Assembly (NCBI GenBank): GCA_964188305.1
Contig: OZ076885.1
DNA: 64,000 nt
Direction: 5' to 3' (one strand)
Source: Podarcis bocagei
Taxonomy: Eukaryota
Part shown: piece after piece, positions 1-12,120 of the stretch
Numbering within the stretch: the first letter of the stretch is position 1
Layout of the letters: each line of letters starts with the position of its first letter
Position numbers and translations under genes: made by a program
Notes under the pieces: generated by a model
Databases searched by the model: none
What the model was told of the DNA's origin: nothing
What the model saw: only the letters and a program-made list of their open reading frames with translations

Positions 1-3000
1 AAACCTCCATTTTGTGTCCATTGGTGAGCAGCTGTGAGGAACCACTTTTTCTTATTTTTCCTTCATAAATTTTTTTTTGCAAAAAATTTATTAGTTTTTA
101 TAATATCAACAACAAACAAAACATAACAAACATAAATCATAACCTTATTGAAAATAAGTTATTTACTTTGTAAAATAACTTCCTCGTTTCCCCTTAGTTG
201 AATTTCATTGCATATCCTTATAACGGTTTTCCAAATCCCAATTTTAATACCCTTTAAATTAAACATTAACATCTTTAAATCTTCTCCTTCTTGTATTAGA
301 CATATTATTTTATCAGTTAACATAAATACAATCCTAAGCCCATTAAGTATCTGGAAGCTATTTCCAATTATTTTAGCATTTTTCCTTCATAAATTCAACT
401 GCTTTGTTGTGAAGTACCACAGAGAACTTTCCATTTTAATTTTCTCCGCCCTCCCAACACACCTGAAGTGCTATACATGTCTTGACAAAATAAATGGCAC
501 CAGTTAATAGGTCAGTTGAGAGACCACCTTACTCCTTATATATACAGCAGATTATTGTGTTCTGCAGGAGTCTCCCTCAAGTTCCAAAGATCTTAGAATC
601 CCAGTTAACAGTAGCTGAGAGGAAGGCTTTCAATGTTGCTGCCCCTGTTCTGTAGAACAGCATTTCTGTCAAGATATGGCAGAGGCCACTTTTTGCACAT
701 TCCAGAAACAATTGAAAATATATTTGTTTTGTTGGGGAAATTTCTCACAGACAATTTAACCAAGCTTTCCCAGCTGGCTGAAGAGGCCTCTCTGCCTCAG
801 ATTTAAAAGCAATATGAATGAATACCTATCTCTAGGAGGTTTTTTTTTGCATTGTTAGTTTTAAAAGCAATTTTTAGCTGTTTTTATTATATCCTGCATT
901 GCAAGGGGTTGGACTCAAAAGACCTTCGGGGTTCCTTCCAACTCTATGGAAATCCAACACACATTTAGAGCTCATTATTTCCCCCAAGGAATCCTGGGAA
1001 CTGTAGTTCTTTATGGGTGAACTGCAGCTCTGTGAAATGGAAACTACAGTTCCCAGGGTTCTTTAAGGGAAGCCATGTGTGTGGCATGTGCTTTAAATGC
1101 ATGGTGTGCATCTACCCTAAATCATTTTGGCACACACACATAGGTAATTCGTAAGTAAGTAAATAAATAAATAACCTCCCAGCATGTGGCAAAGCACGGC
1201 TGCCACTTGGGCGGGGGAAGGAAGCTCCAACCATCTTCTGCATTTGGAAGCCATGACCAGCAGCTCCACTACTTGGCCAGTCCTGCAGCATCTCACCCAC
1301 GTGGCGAGGCTCTCCTCTTTGGAGTAAGGCAGGGAGAAGGTGGAGACAACAACAATAAATGTTGCAGATGACGCCTCCTGCTTTGAAGTATAGCATACAC
1401 ACAGTTTTATTGTGCTTTTGCATGGGTCGTACACTTTGTGTATTGTCTTGATGGGGGGGATGGGATAGAAAATTACTTATTGCCATTCACTGCCCCTTTT
1501 GTCAGGGACACCGACGCTAAGATTTTTACCTTCTTAATAAGTTATGTGTCTACAACACATGCCTTTTTACCATAAGAACTACTGCAAAATTATTAACAGT
1601 GGTTACAGACTATTCTGCCCATCTGTCTAGTCTGTCTGCTGGCTCCCATGTTCCCTCCTGGGCAGGGGAAGCCAGGAAGCAGGACAGGTGTGCAATAGAC
1701 CCCCTCCTGCCACCATTCCCCAGCCACTCGTATTCAGAACCATCCTACCTCTGATCCTGAAGACAGGATGGAGCCATCATGACTAGATGCCAAAGACAGC
1801 CTTATCCTCCATTAATTTATTTAATTCCCATTTAAAAAACATTAAATCGAGCAGCTATCACTTTGTCTTTTGGTAGTGAATTCCATAGTTTAACCATACG
1901 CAGTATGAAAAATACTCCACTTTCAGAATTAAGAGTCCCGGAATGCTAGGACCATTCCTTGTAAAACTTGTATTGGCTGCCCTTTCCCCACTCTTCTGTA
2001 TCCTTTTTTGGGCAAGGCAACCAGAACTGCACGCTGTATTTTAAAGTGTGGACACACCACATATTTGTATGAAGATGTTTCCTTTCGTAACAATGCAAAC
2101 TCTGAATTAATATTTTCACGCAGCTGTCTCAACATTTGCACTGAGCGTTTCCTGGTTGGTCGCCATCAGCTCAGACCCCATCAGCATATAGGATCTTTTT
2201 GCCCCAGTGTGCATCACTTTACACATAGGTGGTCATTGTTGTGCTTGGAGTTGGACTAGGACCTCGGAGCCCAGGCTTGAAAACCCTGCTCAGCCATTAA
2301 GCTGACTGGAAGCCACTGCCTCAGAGTCTAACCTACCACACAGGGTCGCTGGGGATAAAATGGGGAGGAATTGATCCATGTACACTATCCTGAGCTCCTT
2401 AAATGGAAATATGGGATATAAATGGAATAAATAAATGAACTGCATTTGCCATTTTAATGCCTATTCAGCCAGTTCCACTTGGAATCCCATTTTGTTTCTA
2501 TTGACCTGAATAATTTGATGGTCTCAGAAAATAGCCATCATTGTAGGAAACATTGCTGTACACACCAGCCATGTGCATACACATGTCTGGGAACCCAGCA
2601 AGAGAAATGAAATGCATACATATGTCCTTACATAGGGTTGTGCACAGAGTGTAGGGGAAAGACCTAAATCAGGTATTAAACCACATGACCACATCTAAAC
2701 AGATTCTCCCAAAACAGCAATTAGCCGTTGCCCCTTGTCGTTTTTCTAAAAATTAATATTTCTAATCTTCCAAGCACAGAAAAGGGGGCGGGGGAAGGAC
2801 TATTTAACTTAGGTACAGAAGCATAGTTCAGGGTCAGACCACATGTTTTGTGTCCAAAAGATCTAAAGTTCAGTCTCTGGTAGCTCCAACCAAAAAGGTC
2901 TTAAGCTTGCAGAGTTGGGGAAATCCTTGGCTAGTCACTTCCAGTCAAAGTACTGAGCCAGTGCAGTGCAAGGGAGATCAAAGGACACTGCAGAGAAGTT

Positions 3001-3086
3001 TGTGAGACATGAAGCTAAATCCACCATGGACAGCAGCCTGCAGCCACCAACCCCATTTCGCCTCGTGAGTATGACATTGTCCTTAC

Positions 3087-3253
3087 CTGTCCCAACCAAC
3101 GAGGCACTGCTTGCTGGCTGATGGTAGCAAGCAGAACTAGATGTCCAAAAGGAACGAACCATTCATTTATTTAAGGAACTGAAGTTGGGAACTTGACGAA
3201 TGCAGAAAGCTGAAGTCTAGCAGCATGTAGCCTAGCAACCAGCACCTAGCAAC
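3087..3253 (-). promoter_or_regulatory. Candidate promoter and noncoding first exon of a downstream minus-strand ciliary gene
   Basis: Tandem CCTAGCAAC RFX motifs at 3227-3239 and 3242-3253, plus a strong minus-strand donor CAG|GTAAGG at 3087/3086. Synteny suggests PPP1R32/SAXO4. Confidence 0.4.
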
Positions 3254-4842
3254 CAGCTCGACAACATTGCTCTCCTTCCAATGGCCTTATAGTTCAGAGG
3301 GTATTGGAAGCGACTGCAGGGGCCCCGGGCACACATGCCCAATACGTAGATGAGATGGTTCTGATTATTTGGATTCCTAAATATAGCCCTTGAGGGGTTG
3401 AGGTCTGTGTGTTTCCTGAGCCATTGTACCATTGTATTCAAGTTGAGATACTAGATTGGAGCTGGGGAGGAATACAGCAGTTGAACAAGGTAGACTCATC
3501 AGAATCAGTGCTGCCCCCACTCCCATGTCCATAAAACATAGAACAGCACCAAGTAGCCAGAAAGGAACATGTGTAAGGCTGTGTGCCTACGAAATGTCTG
3601 CAGTCGCAGCTGTGCAGTGTAATTCAAGTGTAACTTTAGATGTCCGGCGCACAACTCTCGAGAATTTAAGCCTTCACCACCATTATCCCACCTCCCAATG
3701 TTCTGCATTTGTATCTGCGAAATAATATTGAAATGTTATTGTAAAGTCTTAGCAATATGAGTTGTGGGTTTCAGATAGCTGAGTTTTGGGGCTGTGTGAT
3801 TCTGTTGCTTACCTGGGACTAAAATAAGTGTATTTGTGTTATATTTTACTCATGTCATTGAATGTGGCATTGCTTGACACAGAATCTGCAATCTGAACTC
3901 TGACACGGAAGAGAAATCTCTGAGCATACAAAATTAAAGATATGTAAGTTACACATCGCTTTTGATCAAGGCTGCATGTGAATATTTAGTACTGAGCAAA
4001 CATCATCATCATGCTTATAATGACACCATGTGGTAGTTTAAAGGTAATGCCATAGACTAGGTGGCTGCAAAGAAACATGTAACCTTAAGCATGACTTTTA
4101 AAGTTCTGTGTGGTAAGGGATGGAGGGGAAACCAACTCTAGGAGGGCCAAGCTGTATTTCAAATTGTCACACAGCTAGCAAGTTTTAATAGGATTTTTTT
4201 AATTAAAAAAAAGTACATGACATAAACCATGTTCTGTAGAAACCCCTGGGTGTCTGAAAGTGTTACTTATATGATTATTGAAGAAGTCACTGCTGGCCAG
4301 AAGAAAAAGTATTTATGTATCCTAGAACAATTTCAAACACCTGTTTTGAAAATACCTGACTTTCAGTAATTGACTGAAAAGTGGAAAAGAGCCTAACAGG
4401 GTTAGACACAAGTCACACAGTACTGTTTTCTTCTTTTTGCACCATCAACTTCTAAAAATAGAATAGCGAAAGTTCATTCAGCTAGGAATGCTAGCAGTTG
4501 ATTGGGTGAAAAAAGGAAATACAAGCAGACTGAATAAACAGTGTATGTTTATGAAAATTTATGAACAGAGACATAGGCTGATCTATTTGCTTTTTTATTT
4601 TTAAGTATTTCACATAAAATTGTCAAATGGAAGGGTGGTCCCCTTTGGAATAAGAAATTTGGAGTGAAGAACCTTGTTTTGTCAGCAAATGGCACACATT
4701 TTTGTGTTCTGGGAAATGATAATGTTCTTGTAAGTTAAATTCTACTTTCAGCTTCTAATTTTTTGTTCTCATTTTGTCTATGTTCAGAACTGCCCTGTGA
4801 TCTTTGAATGAAAGGCACTATAAAAATGCAATAAATCATACA

Positions 4843-5045
4843 ATCATAGGGTTGGAAGGGGCCCAAGGGTCATCTAGTCCAACCCCCTACAATGCAAATA
4901 TCTCAGCTAAAGCATCCATGATAGATGGCCATCCTATCTGATTAAAAACCTCCAAGGAACAAGAGCCCACCACCTTTCACGGGAGTCTGTTTCACTGCCA
5001 AACAGCTCTTACTGCCAGAAAGTTTTTTTCAAATGTTTAGCTGGA
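4843..5045 (-). mobile_element. CR1 LINE 3' fragment
   Basis: ATCATAGGGTTGGAAGGG...GGTCATCTAGTCCAACCCC is the reverse complement of a CR1 3' terminus. Confidence 0.7.
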
Positions 5046-5092
5046 GATATTCATTGTTTAACATTATATTGTGTACTTCTATATTAAACTTT

Positions 5093-5452
5093 GGGACGCG
5101 GGTGGCACTGTGGGTAAAACCTCAGCGCCTAGGACTTGCCGATCGCATGGTCGGCGGTTCGAATCCCCGCAGCGGGGTGCGCTCCCGTCGTTCAGTCCCA
5201 GCGCCTGCCAACCTAGCAGTTCGAAAGCACCCCCGGGTGCACGTAGATAAATAGGGACCGCTTACTAGCGGGAAGGTAAACGGCGTTCCGTGTGCTGCGC
5301 TGGCTTGCCAGATGCAGCTTCGTCACGCTGGCCACGTGACCTGGAAGTGTCTGCGGACAGCGCTGGCTCCCAGCCTATAGTGAGTTGAGCGCACAACCCT
5401 AGAATCTGGCAAAACTGGCCTGTACGGGCAGGGGTACCTTTACCTTTTACCT
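5093..5452 (+). mobile_element. Sauria SINE, full length
   Basis: tRNA-like head (GGTGGCACTGTGG...GGTTCGAATCCC), (ACCTTT)n tail, target-site duplication TATATTAAACTTT at 5080-5092 and 5453-5465. Confidence 0.9.
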
Positions 5453-6872
5453 TATATTAAACTTTGCTTGGTATAGCAAGTGGGTGGGAATTATTCTACA
5501 TCTGGGGGTGGGGGGAGACAGTGTGAGTATTCACTAACTGCCAAACTCATCAAATTACAACAACTACAAAGGACAGACAGTATCCATTTAATGCAGCAGC
5601 TGCCACTATATCAGATGGTAGCAAATGAGGGAAGAGGAGTGAAATGAATAGACACCGATACAGATAGGGTCAGCAGGGAGGAAAACAATAACCATGTGCC
5701 ACTGGTTTTTACTGACAAGTGCCAGCTAAAACCTTGAGTCCCAAGTTGGATTAAGGTAGTTGGGGACCCTGGTGCAATTCCCAACATATGACTCTTTCCC
5801 CCCCACAAAAAACACATGAAATAAGGTACCACAGAATAGGGGCTGCCGTCCACTCTGTGACGGAATTAGGCCCCTCTGTGCATCCACTGTCACCGAGTAG
5901 CAGTAATTACATCTGCCTGTTGCCAATGATGGAAGAGAAGGAATGTAGGGTCACTCCACTGGGACAGCTGAGAGATCAGAAACTTTTGGCACCTCCTCTC
6001 CTTGCATTTTCCCATCCCAGCTGGTCATTAAAGCAACTTGAAAACATGGATTTGAACCAGAGTTTGCTTATTTCCTCCTAGCTCCCTCCATTTTTTGTGT
6101 GTGTCCTGTATTTTTAGATTGTAAGGCTGAGGGCATATATAGTGATTTTAATGATTTGTAAGCTGCTCTGCGAGCCTTTTTTGGCTGAAGAGTGGGATTT
6201 AAAAAATCTTTAAATAAATAATAAACACACACACACTGCCAAGGACATAGACGAGGGCAATATGCAAGGACCAAATCTTCCATATGCAGCTTGTTAATGT
6301 TGGCCTCGTTGATCTACTGAAGATGTACTAGCAAACAGGACCAATATGTACAAGTTCTGGTGGAGCCTTCAACTGATGTCTCAAAATTCCTGCAAAAATA
6401 TTTGTGGCTAAGAATAAGAAGAAAGTCTTCTAGGCTAGGGACACAGGAGTTGTAGCAATTGGACAAAGGCAGTAGCAAATGCAACCTATCAAGCAGAATG
6501 GAAGGAAAGTGATGGGCACATCCAACAGTGCATAGGCTGACACAGCTGAAAACTGGTAAGTACTTGTGGGGAGGCCTGAGACAACCCCATTGCTGTCATG
6601 TACTGCATGGAGTCAGATCACTGCACCAACTCCAGCAATTGGCTTAAGGAAGGTACCCTCAGTATCTAAGATGTCCAGTAATGAATTACTTATATGGGGT
6701 TGCTATCCATTCATTATTGAAAATACACTTATAGCATAAAGAGTACTATAGACTTCCACAAATCTATGATTCTCAATCATTTGTTTACCTTTTGGACAGA
6801 ATCATACAATACAGAAATCTGCCCAGGAATCCTGGAACTGAGCAGAATATAAAATAATACTACAGTTGTATA

Positions 6873-7318
6873 AGAATAATGATAATGATAATTTATTATT
6901 TATACCCCGCCCATCTGGCTGGATTTCCCCAGCCACTCTGGCCGGCTTCCAACTGAATATTAAAAACAATACAGCGTCAGACATTAAAAACTTCCCTAAA
7001 CAGGGCCGCCTTCAGTTGTCTTTTAAAAGTAAAATAGTTGTTTATTGCCTTGACATCTGCTGGGAGGGTCGTACCTTGGAAGTTGAACAGAATTGGTTCC
7101 AGAAGTCCATTCAACTTCTGAAACGTTCAACTTCCAAAGCGCAGCTTCTGACTGGCTTCAGGAAGCTCCTGCAGCCAATTGGAAGCCGCAGAAGCCCCAT
7201 CAGACATTTGGCTTCCAAAAGAACATTCAAAAACTGGAAGATTCACTTTCAGTTTTCAATCGTTCGGGAGCCGAAACGTTCCAACTCTCAAGGCATTCAG
7301 GAGCTGAGGTACAACTGT
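6873..7318. mobile_element. LINE 3' fragment (L2-like, minus strand) joined to a truncated Tc1/mariner MITE
   Basis: AAT/GAT microsatellite tail plus TTTATACCCCGCCCATCTGGCTGG (similar to about 45650); MITE end GAGGTACAACTG at about 7307-7318. Confidence 0.55.
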
Positions 7319-7688
7319 GATTTGTTATGTATAATTTAACAACCATGTGCATTTCTCAATGAACAAGAACACGCAACAATGCCTTTTGTTATCAATCACC
7401 CTGCAGTCCTATACCAGTGGGATTGCTGAAGTGCATTCTGAGTCAGAAAAGTTACTCTGTCAACACTTCTATACCTGTCTTCTCAGAAGTAAGTTGCATT
7501 GAATTTAATGGGAGCTATAACCAAGTATCTAAAGGACCGCATCACTGAAGCTTTATTATAGATAAGCAAAGCATGGAAAACAGACCATTCAGGAAATATT
7601 TCACAAGAGTGGGACTCAAGAGGCCTAAATACCACAGTGTGTGCTTCTAGGTTTCAAGGATGTATGGCCTTCTCCAGAAACCACAAGA

Positions 7689-10600
7689 TCAGTGTGAAGC
7701 TTCAACAAGATACTCAAGATCTGGTTGTTGCAGTCTCTTTTCTCTGTTCTTGTTTTTGGTAAACTCTCTAAGCATCTCCATGACTTCATTTTCAAAGATT
7801 TCTGGAGCAGGCTTTGCTTCTTTGGGGAGAAAAAAGGAAGAAGTGAAACAACAGTATAAGCTGTGCTACCAATGTCTGAAGATTCTGTACACTGAGGTGC
7901 CCACCAGATGTTGGATTCCAACTCAACAGTGCCAGCCAACAAAGATAAGAGTTGTAGTCCAGCAAAATCTGGATGAAAACACATTGGCTACCCCTGCTCA
8001 GAACTACAGTCTACAGATCTAGTAGGTTTTCAAAGATCTTTTTGTCACTGGACTTAAAATTATTTGTCAAGCCCCATTTCAAAGACATCCCAGTTAGTGT
8101 GTTAAGTACAGAAAAGGAAACAAAATGGAATGCTTGCTTTGCAAACAAGCGAAAGACATTTTTTATGTGACAGGGAGCAAGAATGTTTTTGGAACTTCTT
8201 GTAAAATGGCAGCGGGAAGTCTCGGCCCATGGCCCTAATTAGGCTGGTGCAGGTCACATGAGGCTGTTGCCCACAACCCACAAGACGTCGTAAGTGAAAT
8301 GGGGCAGGTATGGGCAAGAAAAGAACAATCAGGAGTTTAAAGTGAGTTCTCTATTATTTCTTTGAAAGAAGGGTTCTCTGTCAGCACCAATCAGCTGATT
8401 AATGCAGACAGGGAGCCCTGCTGGGAGTCAGTGGCACTCCAAACAGAGCATTTTCCCCTTTGTAGAGAAAAAACAACTAGCTGTTTAGAGCAAACACTTT
8501 GAATCCTAATTGCTACCTCCAAATGGACTTCAAAGGTTCCCTGTAATGCTTGTCAGCTGATTGGTGCTGAAAGTGCATCTTCAAAGAAGATTGTTGTATA
8601 GTAACCCATTTGAATGTTGATAGGTGTCATTTGATGTATTATGCCATCAGGTGACTGACAGTTGGGTGGTCCCATGCATCTGTCAAAGTTGGCCCGTGGG
8701 AAGCAGGGGGAAGTAGAGTATTGGCTTACTGGCCAGATCCAGTTCCCCACCCCTGCCATAAAATATGTAATATACAGTGGTACCTCGGGTTACAGACACT
8801 TCAGGTTACAGATGCTGCTAACCCAGAAATAGTACCTCAGGTTAAGAACTTTGCTTCAGGGTGAGAACAGAAATCGCGCAGCAGCGGCACAGCAGCAGCA
8901 GGAGGCCCCATTAGCTAAAGTGGTGCTTCAGGTTAAGAACAGTTTTAGGTTAAGAACTGACCTCCAGAACGAATTAAGGTCTTAACCTGAGGTACCACTG
9001 TATTATCATTAACTATACAGCAGTTCTGCAACCTAAAACTATACTTGTTAAGGAGGATGTTAAGTTCTACTAAATTCAAAATGGGCTTACTGCAAATAAA
9101 AATACATATGTTTTAAAGGTAGAGTATACATTAGTTATACTCTTGATCAACCTGACTGCTAGAGTTGGAATGTTTATATGGTGAACATGACAATTTTTAG
9201 ACCCTGCTCATAGCTAAAACTGTATTTCGGATTGTCAGTGACAACCTTCTAGGACAATCACACACCTTTTCAGGACAGAGGTCGAAATATTACATGTACT
9301 ATACTGCTATGTGTGGTCCAGAGGGCAGTAACAGGAGAACAAGCATTTTCTGTGACGGCTCCTCACTTGTGGAATGTTCTCTCCAAAGGGGCTTGCCTGA
9401 TGTCTTCATTTACATATCTTTAGGCATCAGTCAAAAACATTCCCGTTCTCCCAGGCCTTTGGCCTTTTTAACTGTGTGCAGGGAGGTTGTTTTTGTTTGT
9501 TACTATGTTATATATTTTTATGTTTTTATATTATGAAATGCCCTTCATAAGACACGCCCCCCAAGTCACATAAGAGCCAATAGCAAGTGACCCCAAAATA
9601 CAGTGTTTTGCTTTACCTGTTGCCCAGTAGTAGATATCCCAATCATTGCTGGGCTCATTAATCAGGCGATCATAAAGATCTAGCTGTTGCTCATTCATTC
9701 GATTCAGATTCTCTTTGGCAAAGAAACTATGGGAAACAATAAAACAGCATACTGGGAAAACCAGACTAGGTAGAAAAAAAGATAATACCACAATGTAATA
9801 AAAATACTACATTCTGGCTATGCAAGTGTCAGAAATTTCTGCACACCCATTCAGACAAACAAAAGGCATTATTACAGTTCAAGGTCCAATTCTCTCCAGG
9901 CAAAAGCACTGAGAAGCAGGGCCACTGAGGGGTGTGGCCTTTGAAGAAGAGACCCAGGAGCTGGATAGAGGGTCCCAGAGGGGAGACCACATTCAACCCC
10001 AGGTTCCCCTCTACCAGTTCAAGATAAACCAGTGTCTGACTATACCCTTGATAACAAAGAGAAAACAGAATGGACAATCTTCTCCTTTTTCCTCTATAAG
10101 CTGATTTTCAATATTTCATAACAATGCTTCCTAGTGCTGTCCTTGGATAAGGGTATTTCCAAGTGCAAGGAGAGAGCAACATTTCTTTTTTTTTAAAATG
10201 TTGGTTTATAAAATGATGCACACTATGGAGAAAGTAGACAACAATGATTTTGTACTCACTGTTTTTCAGCTAAATTTCCAGTTGCATTTTATAAGTCTAA
10301 ACTGCCCAGAGAACATACGGTAGTTTCATCATTCTTATCTCTGTTTTATTATACATTATAAAGTGAAATAATAATAACAGAAAAATTCTAATAAAAGGGG
10401 GGGAGATACTGGAGTGTGGGAATTTTAAAGACTCGATTCTTAATTTGGTTACCAGGAAACAAGTCCAAGTTGAAAGCAACGAGGAGGTTTAGGAAAGGCA
10501 GAACAGAAGGCGACGGCTCACCTGAGCAGGAGGCAGTTCTCCAGCATGCCCCTCTTGCGGCTCTCGTACAGCAGCCTCGCGCGCTTCCTTGCCGGGGCTT

Positions 10601-11086
10601 CGTGGGGCCGAGCCTGCCAAGGCGGCAGAGGGATCTCCAGCAGATCCCGCCCGGAGTCGGAGGGAGAGTCCCCGCGGTAGCAGCACTTCGACGAGCGGAG
10701 GACGCAGGCGGGGAGCAGAAAGAGGCGCTGCGAGACAAACAGGCAGGGAAGCGGCGTAAGGCAACCAAGGGCGGCAGAAGCAGCGTCCGACCCACCACTC
10801 CGTTACTACGCGAACGCGCCGGAGCTGCTGCTGGTGCGACGGTTGGGGAGTCGGACTAGGACTCGGGGAGGCCGTGACGCTCAGAGAGTGACCTTGGGGG
10901 CCAGTCGCTGCCTCTCAATCTCAACCTAGCCCGCCTGGCAGGGTTGGTGTTGTGGGGATTAAACCAGGAGGACTAGGCGCTCCACCCTGAGCTCCTTGGA
11001 GGAGAAGCGGGGGGCACGAATTCAACAAATGCCTAGATACAGAATACACATCTCCCTTTACTCACGCGAACGCTCAACGCCGCCAT
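7689..11086 (-). CDS. SDHAF2: Succinate dehydrogenase assembly factor 2, 4 coding exons, 155 aa
   Basis: Exons 11086-11066 (MAALSVR), 10727-10522 (...[21 protein letters not shown]...[20 protein letters not shown]), 9726-9617 (FFAKENL...[20 protein letters not shown]), 7819-7689 ([14 protein letters not shown]...[11 protein letters not shown]). All junctions GT-AG, phases 0/2/1, total 468 nt. SDH5-family signature [11 protein letters not shown] present. Confidence 0.96.
8775..9000. mobile_element. Tc1/mariner (Tigger/pogo-like) MITE
   Basis: TIR CAGTGGTACCTC...GAGGTACCACTG flanked by TA on both sides. Confidence 0.85.
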
Positions 11087-12120
11087 CCTGGTTTCCTCCG
11101 CAGCCGCTCTACCCTTCACGGCCCACCATAGACACAGAGGCCTCTACGGAAGCCTCTCAGCTTCTCCACAACGCATGCGCCCTAAAGCCACCTTTCGGCC
11201 TCCCGCGCCCGCTTCGGAAAAGCCTCCTACGGAGAGCGGCCTTTTCTGGTTTTGTTTACTCTTGCGCGAGGCGGCAGAGCAACAAACCGGAAGGGGCGGT
11301 GCTCGGCAGGGAGGAAAGGGCGGGGCAACGGGAGGAGGCGCTGGCTGTAGCGGTGAGAGGAGGAGGGGAGGAGGAGGAGGAGGAGGCGGCCGAGGACGAG
11401 GGGGGGTGGGGGTTCGCGCGCGCGTTTTGGGCCTGCCTGGGATTGCTAGGCCTTGAGCAGTATAACGGGCCCCGAGCGGCGCCGGGGAGGCGGCGGAGCT
11501 TCGTGGCTGGGGTGAGCGCGGGGGAAGTGGGCAGCGGCGGCGGCGTGTCTCCGTCGCAGCGCGGGAAAAAGGAGGCGATGGCGGGCGCGAGCGTCCAAGC
11601 GCGCGCAGCTATGGCGGCCCGCGGAGGAGGGGAGGCGGGGAGGGAGGCGGCGGCGGCCCGGCTCTCGGGTTCTCCGCTGCCGGTGAAAGGTCCCGCCGTC
11701 CGAGTGGCACTGAGGCGGCGAGGGGGGCGGGGCCGCCTGCGCGGGATCCTCGGCGGAGCGGGGCTGCGCGGGAACGGGCCTGGGCTCTGCCGGCGGCGGC
11801 CGCGTGAGGCGGCGATCTCACTAACCTGCGTCTCCTTCCCCCTTCTCTTTGCTCTGTGACCCCCGCAGTGCGGCTCTTTCTTCTCCCCCCACCCCCGGTT
11901 CTCTCGGCGGCTCCCCTGGAGAAATATGTCGGAAGGAGTGGACCTCATCGACATCTACGCCGACGAAGAGTTTAACCAGGTGAGCGCGGCTGCGGACCCC
12001 GCTGGGTGGGCGTAAGGGCTGCGCCACCGTCTCGGCGGGATGTGGAAGGGCGGCAGGTGAGCGCTAGAAGAAGAGGCGAACTCTCCACGAGCCCCGAAAC
12101 TTCGGCCCGTGCTGAGGTCT
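10500..12120. promoter_or_regulatory. CpG island, bidirectional promoter of SDHAF2 and CPSF7
   Basis: Very GC- and CpG-rich; divergent gene starts; NRF1-like CGCATGCGC at 11172-11180; GC boxes. Confidence 0.85.

Noticed and set aside
1112-1486. Overlapping ORFs that could be a SAXO4/PPP1R32 exon
   Set aside because: No frame resembles the protein I recall, and the donor is weak.
5093-5170. tRNA-like A and B boxes
   Set aside because: This is the head of a Sauria SINE, not a tRNA gene.
6866-7339. 157-aa ORF
   Set aside because: Lies entirely within LINE and MITE fragments.
10388-11954. Long overlapping ORFs of 136-287 aa
   Set aside because: Stop-poor, GC-rich CpG island with low-complexity Ala/Arg/Gly/Pro translations. 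The real coding parts are the short SDHAF2 and CPSF7 exons.
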